Shown here: positions 36,301 through 50,725 of the stretch, in pieces
Position numbering within the stretch: position 1 is the first letter of the stretch
Layout: each line of letters begins with the position of its first letter
Source: Enoplolaimus lenunculus
Lineage: Eukaryota
Direction: 5' to 3'
Assembly (NCBI GenBank): GCA_030248215.1
Contig: JASANG010001107.1
Location: forward strand, 372,001-436,000
Length of the DNA: 64,000 bases
Program-made: the position numbers and the translations under genes
The notes under the pieces: generated by a model
Seen by the model: the letters and a program-made list of their open reading frames with translations, nothing else
The model's database searches: none
Told to the model about the DNA's origin: nothing

Positions 36301-39300
36301 TTTGACCTAGAAAAGTCCTGGGGGGCCCCAGCAAACAAATTTGCTGGGGGGCATTTCACTGGCGGGCGGCCGAAAATTCGCCGGGGGCCTTTCCTGGGGG
36401 CGGCAAAATTTTCGCCGGGAGGAAAATGAAACTTTCGAAAAGTGCTGGGCCCACCCCGCCGTGGAGAAGCCAGTTGAAATTGGAATTCTAATCGGAATCG
36501 GAGTTCCGGTTGCTCCCTGCTATAAGGCATTTGAAACTAAGTACGCAAATTAAAAAACAAAGTATTTTTTGTTTTACATTAATAAAGCAACTTAATACCA
36601 GCATTAACACTTACTTCAACATGGTCGGCCAGCAGTGACACCAATCGAAACATTTCAGACGGCTCGTTTACGTTCAAGTGCCCCAGCGGAATGTTGTGAC
36701 CATTATTAAATGAATTATTGGTGTTTCTGTCGGCATACGTTGAGCCATAATCAGTGGAAATGACACCGGTTCTGATGTTAGTACCCGTAATACAAACATT
36801 TTTGGACGCAAGTTTGTATTTATTTGCTAAATCTGCGACAGTTTGCTGACGACGTTCAACGCGTTTACGCACATGGTCATACCTGAAATAGAGACCATGC
36901 CACAGTTTCAACACCGACAAGTGTTTCTAGAAATTTAAATATTTTAATGGTATCCATATATTCTATGACGAACTGCACTACTATAAACAAAACATCTAGT
37001 GAAAGTGTTCTACAGATTCTCCCTTCACTCAATGGCAATCATAAATACTCAATTTGAAGCATCCACATCATCAAAAACTAAGTGTTGAGGATGTTTTCGT
37101 TTCATATCAATATTGAAACACCACAAACCGTCCTAAGATTGCTACATCTACCAAGTAAACGCTAAAAATTACTGGCCCTTAGTATGCCACGGCAGGAACA
37201 AGAATTCTGCTAAAACCTCAACAAAAAATTAAATATATCTATAATATAGACTAACTTTAGAAAGTGTGCCGCTTTGGGTTTCCACGAAATATTATAATTG
37301 CAAAGCATAGAAATGCGTGGATACAAGCTCCAGCTACTACCACTTGGTTTTTGAGGCTTCACAGCGCATTTTAATGTTTTCGATTGAGACGTTGCTGGTT
37401 CTTTGTGAGACATAACAGTTGTTTCTCCTGACTTCACAGAACAGTTCGTTTGCTTACGTTCAACATCGTGATCACAGGAGGTATCGTCACGGCTGACAGT
37501 TCTAGTTTGATTGCTGGACGATTTTTGTGTGTCCTTACAATCAAGGTGAAACGGTGCATTTTCTTTCCACTCAAAAGTTTCAGAGCGCTTCGGCTTTTGA
37601 ACAGTTTTAAGGACTTTACTACTGCCGTTGTTTTCGTCGTCACCTTCAATTCTTGACATTTCTTCACTATCTGCCTCATCATCATCATCATCATTACTAC
37701 TACTGCTACTGCTGCCAATCGAACCTCGACCATATTTGGAAACAACAGAAAAAGCAACTGCTAAATCAAACAAAGCACATTCCTTGCTCGGATCGGCTAC
37801 TTGCTGACCTGCTGTTCTGAAAGGTGAGTGCCTACACGTGTTTCTGGTTTCACCACTACTTGTGCTATCGTTGTCTCGACACATAACATTCCATGAATCA
37901 GTTCGTTCACTGCGTTTGCTATTCCGCTGCTGTCGCCATCGTTCCAGCACCCTTCTATTACTATGTGAAGAAGAATTTATGCAGCTGTTCAAGTCGTTCG
38001 AATATTTCCAAGGAATTTTATTGCACTTGGCAGCATCAATATTTGGCGTACGTCTAGACGAACGTTCTGTGCGTACGCCGGGACTTCGAGTTATAATCCT
38101 AGTTGAATTCAACCTACGTCTACCAACAAGAGAACGATCATCGTCTTCAAAGAGCACAATGTTTTCCATTTGTTCATCACACTGCAGCGATGGCCTTGTG
38201 ACTGATGTTGACGCACCATCGACACAGCCCGGTAAAGAGTTTTCCTCTGCGAAAACTTGATTTAGCCTAAATGATGTCAACTCGGAGTCAGCTTTCTCCG
38301 ATTGAATATGGCTTGAACTATTTCTCAAACTGGTAGCCGGTGAACGTTTTAAATCGATATCTGAAACCGTGGTGGCAGCTGTAGCACCAGAGATTAGCGC
38401 AGCTGTATGAAGGTTGGTGTAACCGCGATTTTTTGTTAAATCTTGCTTTCGAGCACGCTTTCTTGGTGAACATCCGTCAAACACTGGTGAAGACACTGAC
38501 GGCATCACAGTAGAAGAATGTTTACTATATTTATCAGGAATCAATGGAGACACCACAGACGAACTAGCCGAAAAGTTAACATTTTGTTGTTCTATATTGT
38601 CATATGCAGTTGCAGCTACCGGCGACGTTCGCCGTTTTAAATGGTGTGAAAAAGGCTGAGCAGCTGCTTTATCTAATGGTTGTGCACTTTTAATTTCTGA
38701 CCCCGGATGGAGGTTCTCTCTACGACTATCGTCACCACAGCTGTCAGTCACGCCGCCGGCTGATTGGTCCTCGCTTGCCAAAACGTTACGCCGAAACTGC
38801 TGTTGTATCTCATCATAACCAGAAACTGCGCTTACAGTTGATGTTGATGATCGGGATAGCGTGGATTCATTTGAGCATTCGTCAATGTCTCGAACACGGC
38901 GAGAGGTAACAGACGCAACAATCGATGATATAGTACGCGACACAGTTGAAGTCGCACCGTCATCGCAACCACTTTTAGCCACCCGATATGACGACTCAGT
39001 CATGTCAGCCTCTTCTGTCCCAATACGTGTTGGAACATTCTCGTCATGGTCTACAACTATGTTATCAAAATCATTGTCTGAAGGCCCACCGTTCGCGATA
39101 CCAGAAATAATATTAGTCTGTGGTGCAGAATTGGTGAAGGTATTATTACCGTTTCCAAACACGCCTGCGGACTTGGCACAGTGTAATTGCTTGCTAATTA
39201 TTAAGTTTTCATTTTTGAATGAAGTTGTACCACTAACTACTGGCGGCAATACGACCAGTACATTTGAAGGTTGTCTTTGAGCATTAGTATTTGATGTAGA

Positions 39301-42300
39301 ATGATACGTGCTAGAGGACTGAGAATCAACCTTCAAACTGAGAGAAACGCTGGCGTCGTTGTTACTAATATCCAGCGCCGATAAACTGTCATATCCCACA
39401 TTGCTGGATTGCTGACATTGCTGTTGCCCTCGTGGACGCCGTAAAATGTTTGGACGCGAAGATGCAGCAGCAGCAGCAGTTATTGCACTCGGTCGGTTCA
39501 AAGCACTATTAACGCAACCACCGCTACCATTGCTAGTCACAGGATAGTTACTGGCGTTAATATTACAGCTGCTAGTATATGTACCAAAACCTCCAGCAGG
39601 GTTATCTTGCCGCGTATTTTTGCTATTGGGCGAATACTCTACCAAATGAGATTCAGTGTCAACAGTAACGTTACCATGATCTCCTCCATCAGTGGGACTG
39701 AAAGACGCTAATCGGTTGCCTTGGAGCACACTAGGACAGTTTTTAGCAGCAACAGAACGAACTTGACTAAGCACAGCATTTGGCTGCATTACTACTACGC
39801 TTGTAGGACCGCTTCGGCCGGTGGATACATAGTTGCTTGAACGCAACTGCTGCATCTGGTCTTTTGTAGCGCCAAGTTGAGGTACAATACCTGCATTTCC
39901 AACACTAGGTACTGTGTTCTGATTAGATATTCCGTAACTAATCAGCGGTGCCACGACACTTGAAGCTATTGCAGATGAATGTTGATGTTGACGTTGGTTA
40001 CAACTGTTCGATGCTAATGTACCATCAGCATTAGCTAAATTAACACACACTGTAGTTTGACTCGTACCCAATTTGTTGTTGACACCGCTGCACCCGCCAA
40101 TAATAGTGCTATATGTCATGGTTTGATTATTTATACTGGTACGTACGCCAACTATTGTTTGCTGAATATCCTTGTTACAACTACCGGATATCGCTTGCGA
40201 TGCTGATGGTGAAAATGGAAGAGGTAAAGAGGCTACAATAGCAGGAACTGAGCTAACTTGTGATGCTTTAACGGTAATAGGCGATACAGCATTTTCAGTC
40301 ATACCCGCGCTAGCAACTGCAGCGACAGATACCGCACAGATAGTCGAAAAAGTATTCTGTGGCTGTGAAACCGATGTTGCGTTTGATATAACCTATAAAA
40401 AAAACAGAAAAAATAATGTTTCATCTTGCACTGAAATTCATAACGTACAATAGTCATAAATACTGATATTAATAGCTTATAACTAGTGATGTGCCGATAC
40501 TAAAATTTTTGCCGATGCCGATTTCCAATTTTAATACACCATGCTAAAAAGAATTGACAGAATAGGTACTCCATTTTATATCAATATAAATGCGAAGACT
40601 TGAACCATAACCACCATGATTGATTATAATTTTACGAAATGGCTCATTTCAATTATTTTGTGAAACACAAACCTAACAGTACAAAAAGTATCAGCAAAAA
40701 ATATGCTATTTTTTGCTGTGTCGATGCCTACACTAACAAAAATTGCCTATATTACCTATGCCGATAATCGGCACTATTTTTATTTCTAACATACTACATA
40801 CGTACGACTACTCATGAATTTTCAAGACATATTTGGAGTCACGTTATACATTTAAAGCAATGCGTATTAACAAAGTTAAAAACAATGCTTCAACCATCGA
40901 TCCGGTATGCGAGATGTGCAAGGCTTAGCTATACTAGATTACATAGGAAACAGTGCTAGGTATGAATTTTTGTTTCACTACTACGTAATATATACTGATC
41001 AATGATTATCTTAACCAGACAGCGATTTAATGTCCGAATCCGATTTAATATATGCGGCAAAAATAGATTTCTGAAGTACTGCCAACAGTGCACAAATTTA
41101 TGTGCTACATATTCGGTTAGCAGGGTTCAACCGGAATTCCTATTCCGGCCGCAATTCCTACATAAAATCAATTCTTTTTGCAATGAATAATCTGGTGATG
41201 TGTTTTTGCAAAACTTGATTATGAACTAGCTCAAAATTTGCTTAAGCAATTTTTTGGCAGGTTTCTGAAAAGTCCGACAGTAATTCGGTGATGAAAATTA
41301 TTTCAAATTCCGGTTCCTTCAAAGAAAGTAAATTCCTTTTACTGTTCCTGTACCGGCAAAATGTAGTTCTTGTCTACAAATCTGCGCTACCATGAGCCAA
41401 GCTGCAACTGGAACTATCAGGAAGTTTTCACCAAACTGTTCTGTATTGTCGGTGTTAATAATTTTAGGGTTTAAAAGCAAACGCTGAACTTGAACTTCTT
41501 TGATAATTTTTTCACTCAGAGATTATTCAACGAAAGCTGGACACTAAGTATTGAACTGGAGGAATTTAACAAAAAATAAAAATAACAGTCTGGCATTTCA
41601 AAGGACTTAAATGTCGCATGCAAAAAAATTTATGTCAAATTTTTAATCCGGCTGCATCCTGTCAATAGTCAAGAGAACCTATATCGACACTAACCTTTGA
41701 TATGGGACCAGACATCACCGGCGGTTTGCAACCGCTTGCCAATGTCACAATGACGCGGGTTTGAGATGTGACGGCAGACGTCGTAACCACTTTTGCAGTT
41801 ATAGGACAGTGAAAACTGCTAAACCCTCCAGTTCCAGAGCTGTAAGTCGTTACCAGCGGGACACTTGTCGTCTGGCTTGTGGCTGAAGGACTGGCACCGC
41901 TACAACCGAGTTTGACATTTTTATGTTGAGTTTCACCGATTGTTATGCCACCAACCGCAAAATTCAAAAAATTATTGTTGGCACTACTGCTAAGACTATC
42001 CTTTAATCCCAATAGAACAGTCGATTGAATAGCATTTTGCGTTGAGGGCGACATTTTCAGTGGCAACACATTTTCAGGGATGACAACATGCGGCATAGTT
42101 GTATGTCCACTACCACAACTGACGGTAGATTGCGTAAATTTAGCCACATTTGAAACAGTTATAGTATTAGCAGTAACAGGCAAAGCCACCACAGATGAAC
42201 ATGCTTGCTTAGAGGTAAACGACAATGATGAAGCTTAAAAACACAAATTATATACACCAATACAATTCCTTAAGATAACGATACAAATTTCAATTCGAAG

Positions 42301-45300
42301 ATTCCACCTATTTCCAATTACCGTATCAGAATTTATTGCGGATTTTGACAATTGACAGAAGACATAAAAAAACAAACAACTGCAAATTCGTGCTTCTTGT
42401 TTTATTTCGAAATTTTTTTAATATATTGTAATAAAACTCAGGTATATTTTTGTAAAATATATTTAGAAAAATAAAACTAAAACTGAAATACATATACATT
42501 GATTTTGGCAACCATTTCGCACTCGGTTTTGCAAGCAACTAAACACAAAATATACGATATATTATAAGCTTTATTTTGGTGCGCCGGCTGAGGAAATAAT
42601 TTATATATTGCTTGGTGTCCACTTCTGACACCATAACATAGCTTTCATTCGTATACAGTTGTAATTTATTTCATCAGTAAGTATATGTATAAGTACATAG
42701 GGATGTGGCGATTAATCGGTATCGGTAATAACCGTCTCTTCCCGTGAGTACGTATCGACAACGGCACTGCAAAATACTTTTTGCACAAAGCAGTCAGCTG
42801 CAGGGTGCAACCGAAGTACCAATTGCGATTCAAAACGAATTCCGATTCTAATCGTACGATCAATGGAAATCTGAATTGTAAAATCTTATTTCTAATCCTT
42901 CTTGTTGGGATAGGTTGCATAAAAATTCTGTATCATTTATCTATAAATTGCATTCGATTAGTTAACTTATCAAGTTATCAGTAATGGATTGCACGTAGTT
43001 TAGCTTTGCAGAACCAAAAATCATCGCCAACTGTGCAACGTAACAGAACAAGTAAGATAACAACAAAATTTCAAAATTCCGTTTCGTATTGATTGTGCAA
43101 TCGGAATCGGAACTCGTTTTGAATCGGAATTCCGGTCGCATCCTGGTTATGTTCTTCAAGCATGGTGTACGAAAGTTGAAATCGGCATCGGCATGTTTTC
43201 AAAATAAGAATCGGCAATGGGCATCGGCAAAAATTTTGGTATCGGCAAAAATTTTGGTATCGGCACATCCCTATATATAAGTAGCATACCTGAGTTTACA
43301 GCAACCACGTTTGTATGTGTTTGATTTTCCAAGCCTGCACCCCCATGGTTGTCTGTGTTTAAAGATACAGTGTTTGTTGGTTGATTGGTCGTCGCGACAG
43401 CCGACAGAGGAGCAGAAACGTTCGGGTTAGAAAAAGTGACAGTAACTTTAGACGTAAAAACTGGTGTTTGCGGTTTTGGCACCTCGATGTTACAGGACGC
43501 TAAAACATAAGAATATTAACCATAAAATAAGTGTTTTATATCCTGCAACTAAATCTTCATTGCACTCTGTTAATACGTATATATAACCACTAACCAGTAA
43601 TACCGTGGGTCCGCTTAATGGTCTTAGGGACCTCGCGTTTCCACATAAGGTACGTACGTACAAAATATAGTTGCATCAAAGTTTTGAAGTTATCTGTGGA
43701 CGACCAGCCACAAACGCTAATAGGGCACCAAAAACTATGGACATTAAAGTTTAAAATCTTGAACTTTAAAACTATTTCAGAAACTTGTAGTGGCGGTTCA
43801 AAAATTTGCTGAGATTCTCAGAAACGTCCCAATGCTCAATCTCAAGCACACCAATTACACAGATCTTAATCACAGTCTCAACTTTTTTATTGATACTCCC
43901 ATTCATGTAAAACATACTTTTTGAAATCAAAACGCTCGGTTGTTTCGGCGAAATTGCACACTTTGTTATTGGATTGTCTAGTGCAAGTGAGTTAGAGATT
44001 ACCGTTGTTGATAAGCCTGTGCTGCCAGTAACAACGCAATCAGCACAATCAATTTTAGCAGCGGATTGGCACTCGGATGAGAACAAAGTATTTGATGCGC
44101 TTGGTTTATGCTGTAATTGCGAGGACCTAGGTGGGTCAGAGATTGTAGACGAACGACAACTTGACGGAGCTGTGGTTGTCAAAAGTTCTGCAGAATACCC
44201 CGTGCTAGCGATAGATTTAGAAGATACCGTTTTAGATGCATAAAACACCGTGTTGTCGCACCGATTAAAACCCCGTGAATAGCCACTTGCACTATTACTG
44301 CTTGAAGTTAAATTAGCCAGGTTTATTTGGTTGGCTGACGATTGCGTAAGCTGTTGAGTATTTAATTGCTGTGTAGATCCCTGTTGAGAAAACATCTGCG
44401 GGTCAGTTTTAGGCGGCGTGCTGCCTTCAGTTTCAGCAGTAACCGTTGTTGACATCTGTAAACTAAGTTAGTTCCTGGTCAATCTTCAAGTATTGAATAA
44501 TTTGCTGACTGCGTATATTCGATCAAAACTGACTTACACAGTAAGTAATACACTGTTAAACAAAATTTACGTATATCTATTGGGTGAAGCAGTACAGAGG
44601 CGCAATTTGATTGGCTAATCAAAACAACAGAAATAAAACAGCATTACCCAAGCTTCGTTTGTATATCACAGAAACCTTGTTTAATTTATACGCTGCAGCA
44701 GGGTGCAACCGTAATTATAAAATACCGAAGCCGGAAAGTTTAAAAATACCGGAACCGGGAAACAAAAATACTTGGGTTACCGAAAAATTCATTTACCGGA
44801 ACCGGAATTCCGGTTGCTCCCTGCTTTGCATATATGCTGAAGCCAAATAATTATTGTGTAATCAGGCAATCAGTTTTCTCGAATACAGTCAAACACAACA
44901 AGAACACCCAATCACAAACATTTTGCATTCCAGCAGCTGTTTGGGCGGTGCAATCCTGCAATCAAAGGCTGTTTGCATTCCAGTAGTTGCTTGGACTGCC
45001 CCGAACAGTAACTGACGTTAGGAACGTCCCAGTTGCCAATTGGGGCAAACAGCTGTTTGGGATACGACATATATGGGACCGAAATCAAGCTTCTTTGCCG
45101 GAACTGAAATCGGTATTGGATCGGAATCGGAATTTACGTTTTAGTAATACTATTAAAAGTAGGTGTATTACTTTTTCTGCTATATACCAATTTGCATAAT
45201 TGTTCACATTTTCAGTAAAAATAGTATGTGTAAAACTTTCGATATAGAAAAGCTAGTGTAGCGCATCAATAAACCAATTTCTATTCGCCGGTAGCTAACA

Positions 45301-48300
45301 ATACAACCTCTTCTCTATACGTAAGCATGTTACCAATACTTCAATAAAAACTGATCACCGAAAAGTCGGAATTCCGGCAGCAGAACAGCACTCAGTCGGA
45401 ATCGGAATCCTAATTTTATCGGAATTTTAGCCGGAAGCGATATTCCGTTGGAGCCCTGGTATACATTACTGAAAAGCTATCGTATAGCAGTGAATTTTGT
45501 CCCAGATATACTTTGTGTAAAAATGAATGTTTGGTATTCTGATTTTTGTGGTTTATGAGCGGCAATCATAAAATTATCATCGAAATGCTAAACAATTCAT
45601 GTTTAATGTTTATAGACCAATAGTAATAAGCGGCATGGATGGGCAGTCTCGGTTAGAAACCGAAACCGAGATTGTGATCGAGACCAGAAAAAATGAAATT
45701 TTCAAATAAATTATATTTAATACTTTTTCTCGAACGTAATTTTTTGTTATTTTCATATTTTTTAAACGAGGACAAATCGTGATGGCATTGTTTTTCATGT
45801 GAGCCAATTAAGGATTGTATATAAAAACTGGCCCCGGCGAGTGGGACCAGGCCCCGGCCCGAGGCACCTCCAGTGCCACATATCATAAAGCTGCTTTTTA
45901 TAAGTGGAAACAATATATATTTACATCTTGCTGGGATTACATTTTGTGGTTAGTCAAGCTCAAGTTCTGCCAACAGAAGTTGTGATGAAAAATTTTTTAG
46001 CTGGCAATTAATTTATGTTCAGTAAACATTTTGCAACTCAAATATTTTCAAACAGTGTGCAAACTAAGATGCTACGTATATCCGGTTGCGATAAAAATAT
46101 AATATTCAGGTTCGGTAACCGGGTAAATTAATATACAATGAAACTCTGTAGACCCTCCTTAAAATTCCCTACCACCGGTTTTTATTAGAAATGTAACACT
46201 TACTTCAGGTAACGAATCCAATTTTGCGTTGTCTTGTGTAATGTTCACAACAACAGCTGTTTTAAATCGCCGATCGTGACTACTGTTGTATGGTGTAAAT
46301 GAGTATATACTCGATCTTGTTGCATCCGATTGCAAGGCGTCAGGTATTTTAATATCGCTGCTGCAATGTTGTGTGGTTGAAAAATTCGCACGAGGGTAAT
46401 AATTAATATTACTTAAGCAATACTGAGCCCCGTGCGACGATTTTTCGCATGAAACACCTATATGCGGCGAATTTACTTGCGTGAATATCGTTGGGGGACA
46501 AAATTTTATTTGGGACGAGACGGAGTTATAGTTGGTATAAAAAGTATCACAATTTTGTTGGGTACCCACACTTAAATTGTGATGTTTTGAGTGGATAATT
46601 GACGCGCTGTGTTCACCTGACAGCAAAGTTTGCTTTATAGGTTTCTGTTCTAATATTTTACGTTTTTGTGAAATAGGAAAACGCACTGCTGTTATGCTTG
46701 CGGACGGAACATTTGACGCAGAACAATAGGTTTTGCCTCTGCTACAGATTACAGAGGAAAAAGGAATTAACAGCGATGGAGAAAATGGAGACGTTTCGAT
46801 TTCCTTCGTTCCACTATCGTTCAGCTGTAAATATGAAGTTGTTATTGGCTTCAGTAAATTTTCGGATCGATCGGCCAAATTAACGCTGAAACGACGTGAC
46901 TTTCGAGGAAAGTTAAGTATGGGTGAATCCGAAGTGCAAACGTTGGTATTGATATTAGCAGCTGCAAAATGACGTTCTTCAAATGCAGTCACTCCCGACT
47001 CGGTGCTCAAATGAAATGGTGGAAAACAGTTAACGTAATTATGCTTAACAGTTATATTCGATGTGTGTACAGTAGTCTCTGATCTATCACTGTTGTCACT
47101 TTGCTTCGACACAACATTCACATTATGACTATCACGTAAACTGTTCTTAGCATCAAAGACTTGGTTTTTACTCGCGAACGATTTGTTTAAAGTAATGCAG
47201 CAAGGTGTATACTGATCAATATTATACAAGGCGTTTAATACGTTCCGTGTAGATGAGATATCGCTGACAGTATGCTTGCCTTTATTAAAATGTGTACCAG
47301 ATTTGAAATTACTTGCCGACTTTGGTTCTTGAACACATGTTAAGTCGACAACACCTTTACTCATAGCATATGCACAAAACTGGCACCCTGAAAAGAAACA
47401 TTTTACACAAAACCACAAAAACATAACTGGGCTGTAGGGTGCAAAGCGGAACTGGATTATCCCGGAGTCGGAACCGCATTGACAAATATATATCATGTTG
47501 ATTTAGAATGTCTGATGGCTGGCAACAATTTTTAAAAAGGTTGCGTGAACATGTTAGCGATTATTTTTGGTTCTGAAAAGCTAATCTACCATCAATTATT
47601 GATAGTTAACTCATCGAAAACAATGCGATCAAGGTGCAACCGGAATTATAAAATACCGGAAACGGAACCGGAAAGTTAAAATAACACCGGAACCGGAAAC
47701 CAAAAAATTCTCGTTACCGAAAAATGCATTTTAACGCTATTTTGCCGCTTTTTACGGCGAAAACACACCATTTAGGATGCGAAAATCCTGAAACAAATGC
47801 AGTAGATAGAAACGTATGATCAATTATAAAGTATGACAGAAATTGAAACTTTTGGCAATACACGCTTAGACAATTTTAGAAAAATAGGTTAATATGCAAA
47901 GTTTTCTTAAATTTCGAACGAGAAAAATTTTCAGTACCGAAAATACCGGAAAATTTCGGAAAAAATACTGGATTTTTTACCGGAACCGGATAGTGAAAAA
48001 TTCCGAATTTCTCTACCGGAACCGGAATTCCGGTTGCACCCTGAATGTGATAAACACAGATTTTCTATACAACGTATCACAACAATTAAGATTAAAATTA
48101 AACAAAATTCCGATTCCGATCAGTGGCCTAAGCCAAAGGTTTGCAAAGTGTTTAAGTGACATTTACGTATAGCTTAACATCTCCCGGCGTTGCATTTTTG
48201 AAACCTTAAAATGACCCTATTCCACTATTCTTTGTGGTTTGTAAACCGAGACTAAAGAGGTGATACGGCGATAAGCAATCACAAAAATTTTCCTTATATC

Positions 48301-50725
48301 GAACGTATTGGTGTATAGGCATCTTTTTTAAAAAATATGGGTCATCCGCATTAATAATGTCACGCGCTAAGTTAAAAAATTTTCCAGTCTATTCGGTTTG
48401 CCCGGGAGCAACGACAACAGTATAGCTCTGCATTAGGGATTGCACAGAGGGTATTTTGAGACAGTGGGATTTGCCCCGAGCCTGTTGGAAGGGTATGGCG
48501 ATGCAGCCAAGTGAAATAAAGTAAAAAATAAATTTTGGCGGCGATTTATCGGTTTAATTTTATGAAGCGGCAATTCAAAAGATATATAAAATATTCAAAA
48601 GTTTTGTTAAAAAAATCTTATTATTTTCGGTAACGGTTAAAAATTTACCGCGCCCGACACTAAAAGTCGCGGTCTCGGCAGGTTGGATCTCGATCTCGGT
48701 CTCGCTTTTTTGACCGAGACCGCCCATCCCTGGCTACAGCCACCTTAAATCAATATTATATTTGTTCATACAAATTATTCGTGCAGTCACAAAACTTGTA
48801 GTTCCGATTCCGGTATAATCTAGTTCCGCTTTGCATATTCAAACAGCTCCATGGCAGATGGCATATTGTACAAATGATGCTCAGGGATGGGCGGCCTCGG
48901 CCTCGGTCATTTGGCTGCTCTCGTTCTCGGTCTCAGTCTCGGTCATTTGGCTGGTCTCGGTCTCGGTCATTTGGCTGGTCTCGGTCTCGGTCATTTGGCT
49001 GGCCTCGGTCTCGGTCATTTGGCTGGTCTCGGTCTGGCTCTTTTCAGTCTAGGTTTGGAAGCCGATACCAAACAGGTAAAAAAGCGATAAGCAATCACAA
49101 AAATTTTCCTTCGATAGCAGCTTTGGCTAGGAAGCACTTGCGCATTTCGCATACCAACACAGACAGCGAACGATTGTGGAAAACCCCTACCTTGGCGGCG
49201 TTTTATTAGTTTAATTGTATGAAACGGCAATTCAGAGCGATAAAAACATTTAAAACTTTTGTTAAAGAATCTTATTTTTATTTTCGGTACGTGACGGTTA
49301 CAAATTGTCCGAGACCTTGGAATCGGTACGTTGGGTCTCGGTCGCGCTTTTAATTCGAAATAAAACATGAACAACATTTGCATACAATCACACAGAACAA
49401 TCAGAAACAGACCCATATCGTAACAATTCTAGAATTGTTGCAACTCTAATAAAAATAAAATAATAATTGTAAGACTCTGTATGTAAAAAGTACGGGCTCC
49501 GAAAATTTTTAGTTCTGATTCCAGACGTAATATCCGGCGCCAGCCGCATAATTTACTGCGCAGTTCCGTTATGTTTTAGTAGCCAGTGGTACCCTGGTGT
49601 GCATACATACGCCTGCGGTTAAATTTTCTGATATAGGCACAAGTGAAATCACCGCTCCGTGACGATCGGGTGGTAAAAAATCCTGCGTGAGCTGTGCCAG
49701 GCAAATGTACAGCTCTAATCTGCAAATCTATAGGCCATGAGCACGAGTATTAGAAGTTTGATTTCGTAGATTAATGCAACTCCCCGACAATCACAACTGC
49801 TAATCTCGCAAGTTTTAATTTTATTAGCTAACATAACAACATTTCAGCCGCAGAATAAGCCAATACTATTTGAAATTTTATTCTGAAGAAACTTCAACAT
49901 ATTTTAATAATTTAACCTTGTGTAAAAGCTGAAATTTTTTGCACAAAACGGAACATCGAAGAACTTGTAAAAAATAAGTACGCTAACTAGATCAATCTCT
50001 TTTCATGTTTGCAGAGCATCGCATAAGGTTGGCAAAAATATATTGCTGACTTCAAATGTCTCAACATTGAAACGATGAAATGAAATACAGCAGAAAATCC
50101 TTGCATCGAATAATGGTGTGCCAAATATGGAATGGGCCGAACATTGAACGGAGACAATATGATGCGCAAATCATTAAAATTACGAACTTCATTTAACTGC
50201 ATATTTATACACAGGTTTATATAGACACTACCGGGTGAAGTGCACAGTTATGACTTAAATCGACCTTTGACTTGATTTGTTTTAGACTTAAAGCCCACTA
50301 CAGGCTTAAGATGGAGGAGCACAGTTTCGATGAAAGCCCAATTCTCGTTTGAGCTGTTTAGTAAATAGCAAATAAAAGGCCAAAAATTGGTTCGGGTCCA
50401 ACCCAGAGAATTAATAGTTGCCCAACTTAACAACGATCCTAAAAATTACACATGTCAAGTGTTTTAAGTGTAACTCTACTTAAGTTGCTGTGGCATAGTC
50501 AGCACATTTGCCAAACAGTAATCTGTGAACGTTGAAGCAGGTGTTATTTGACTAGCTATCTTTGTTCAGGGCGACTACGGCTGACATGTTTAAATGTCTG
50601 TCAACTTCTATATTTGTAACTTCAAGTCCTAAATGAGCATTTGTTTGAAATTGTTATATAAATCGACAACTCGTGTTAGCGTGGTTGCAGAAACCTGCAG
50701 ACTTACCATTCTGAGTTTGAGACAT
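33372..50725 (-). CDS. SAP130: SAP130-like Sin3/HDAC complex subunit, ~2394 aa. Exons 50725-50707, 47387-46204, 44455-43918, 43499-43290, 42233-41695, 40392-37256, 36882-36615, 34661-33372
   Basis: All junctions are GT-AG with matching phases. S/T/V-rich low-complexity body with SAP130 motifs SRPNILRR and SPRKRARKQ, plus C-terminal domain RISMLCNYNISWKPKAAHFLKYDHVRKRVERRQQTVADLAN. The first two exons are the least certain. Confidence 0.8.
35723..36473. mobile_element. ~750-bp MITE with GC-rich subtermini (copy 1)
   Basis: TIR C(A/T)GGCTTCTCCAC. Near-identical inverted copy at 57317-58046. Confidence 0.85.
47630..48043. mobile_element. hAT MITE (intact copy)
   Basis: TIR CA(A/G)GGTGCAACCGG. 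TSD AATGCGAT/AATGTGAT. Confidence 0.85.
48882..49350 (+). mobile_element. Non-autonomous hAT derivative with 24-bp tandem repeat and dimerisation-domain remnant
   Basis: Starts CAGGGATGGGCGG. Repeat unit CTCGGTCTCGGTCATTTGGCTGGT. Remnant FPSIAALARKHLRISHTNTDSERLW. Related pieces at ~48240-48732 and 63290-63680. Confidence 0.75.

Noticed and set aside
37434..40453. Antisense and off-frame ORFs over the large SAP130 exon
   Set aside because: Shadow ORFs of a long coding exon with no recognisable motifs.
48831..49209. RS-rich and LG-rich ORFs resembling SR proteins
   Set aside because: Translations of the 24-bp tandem repeat in a hAT derivative.
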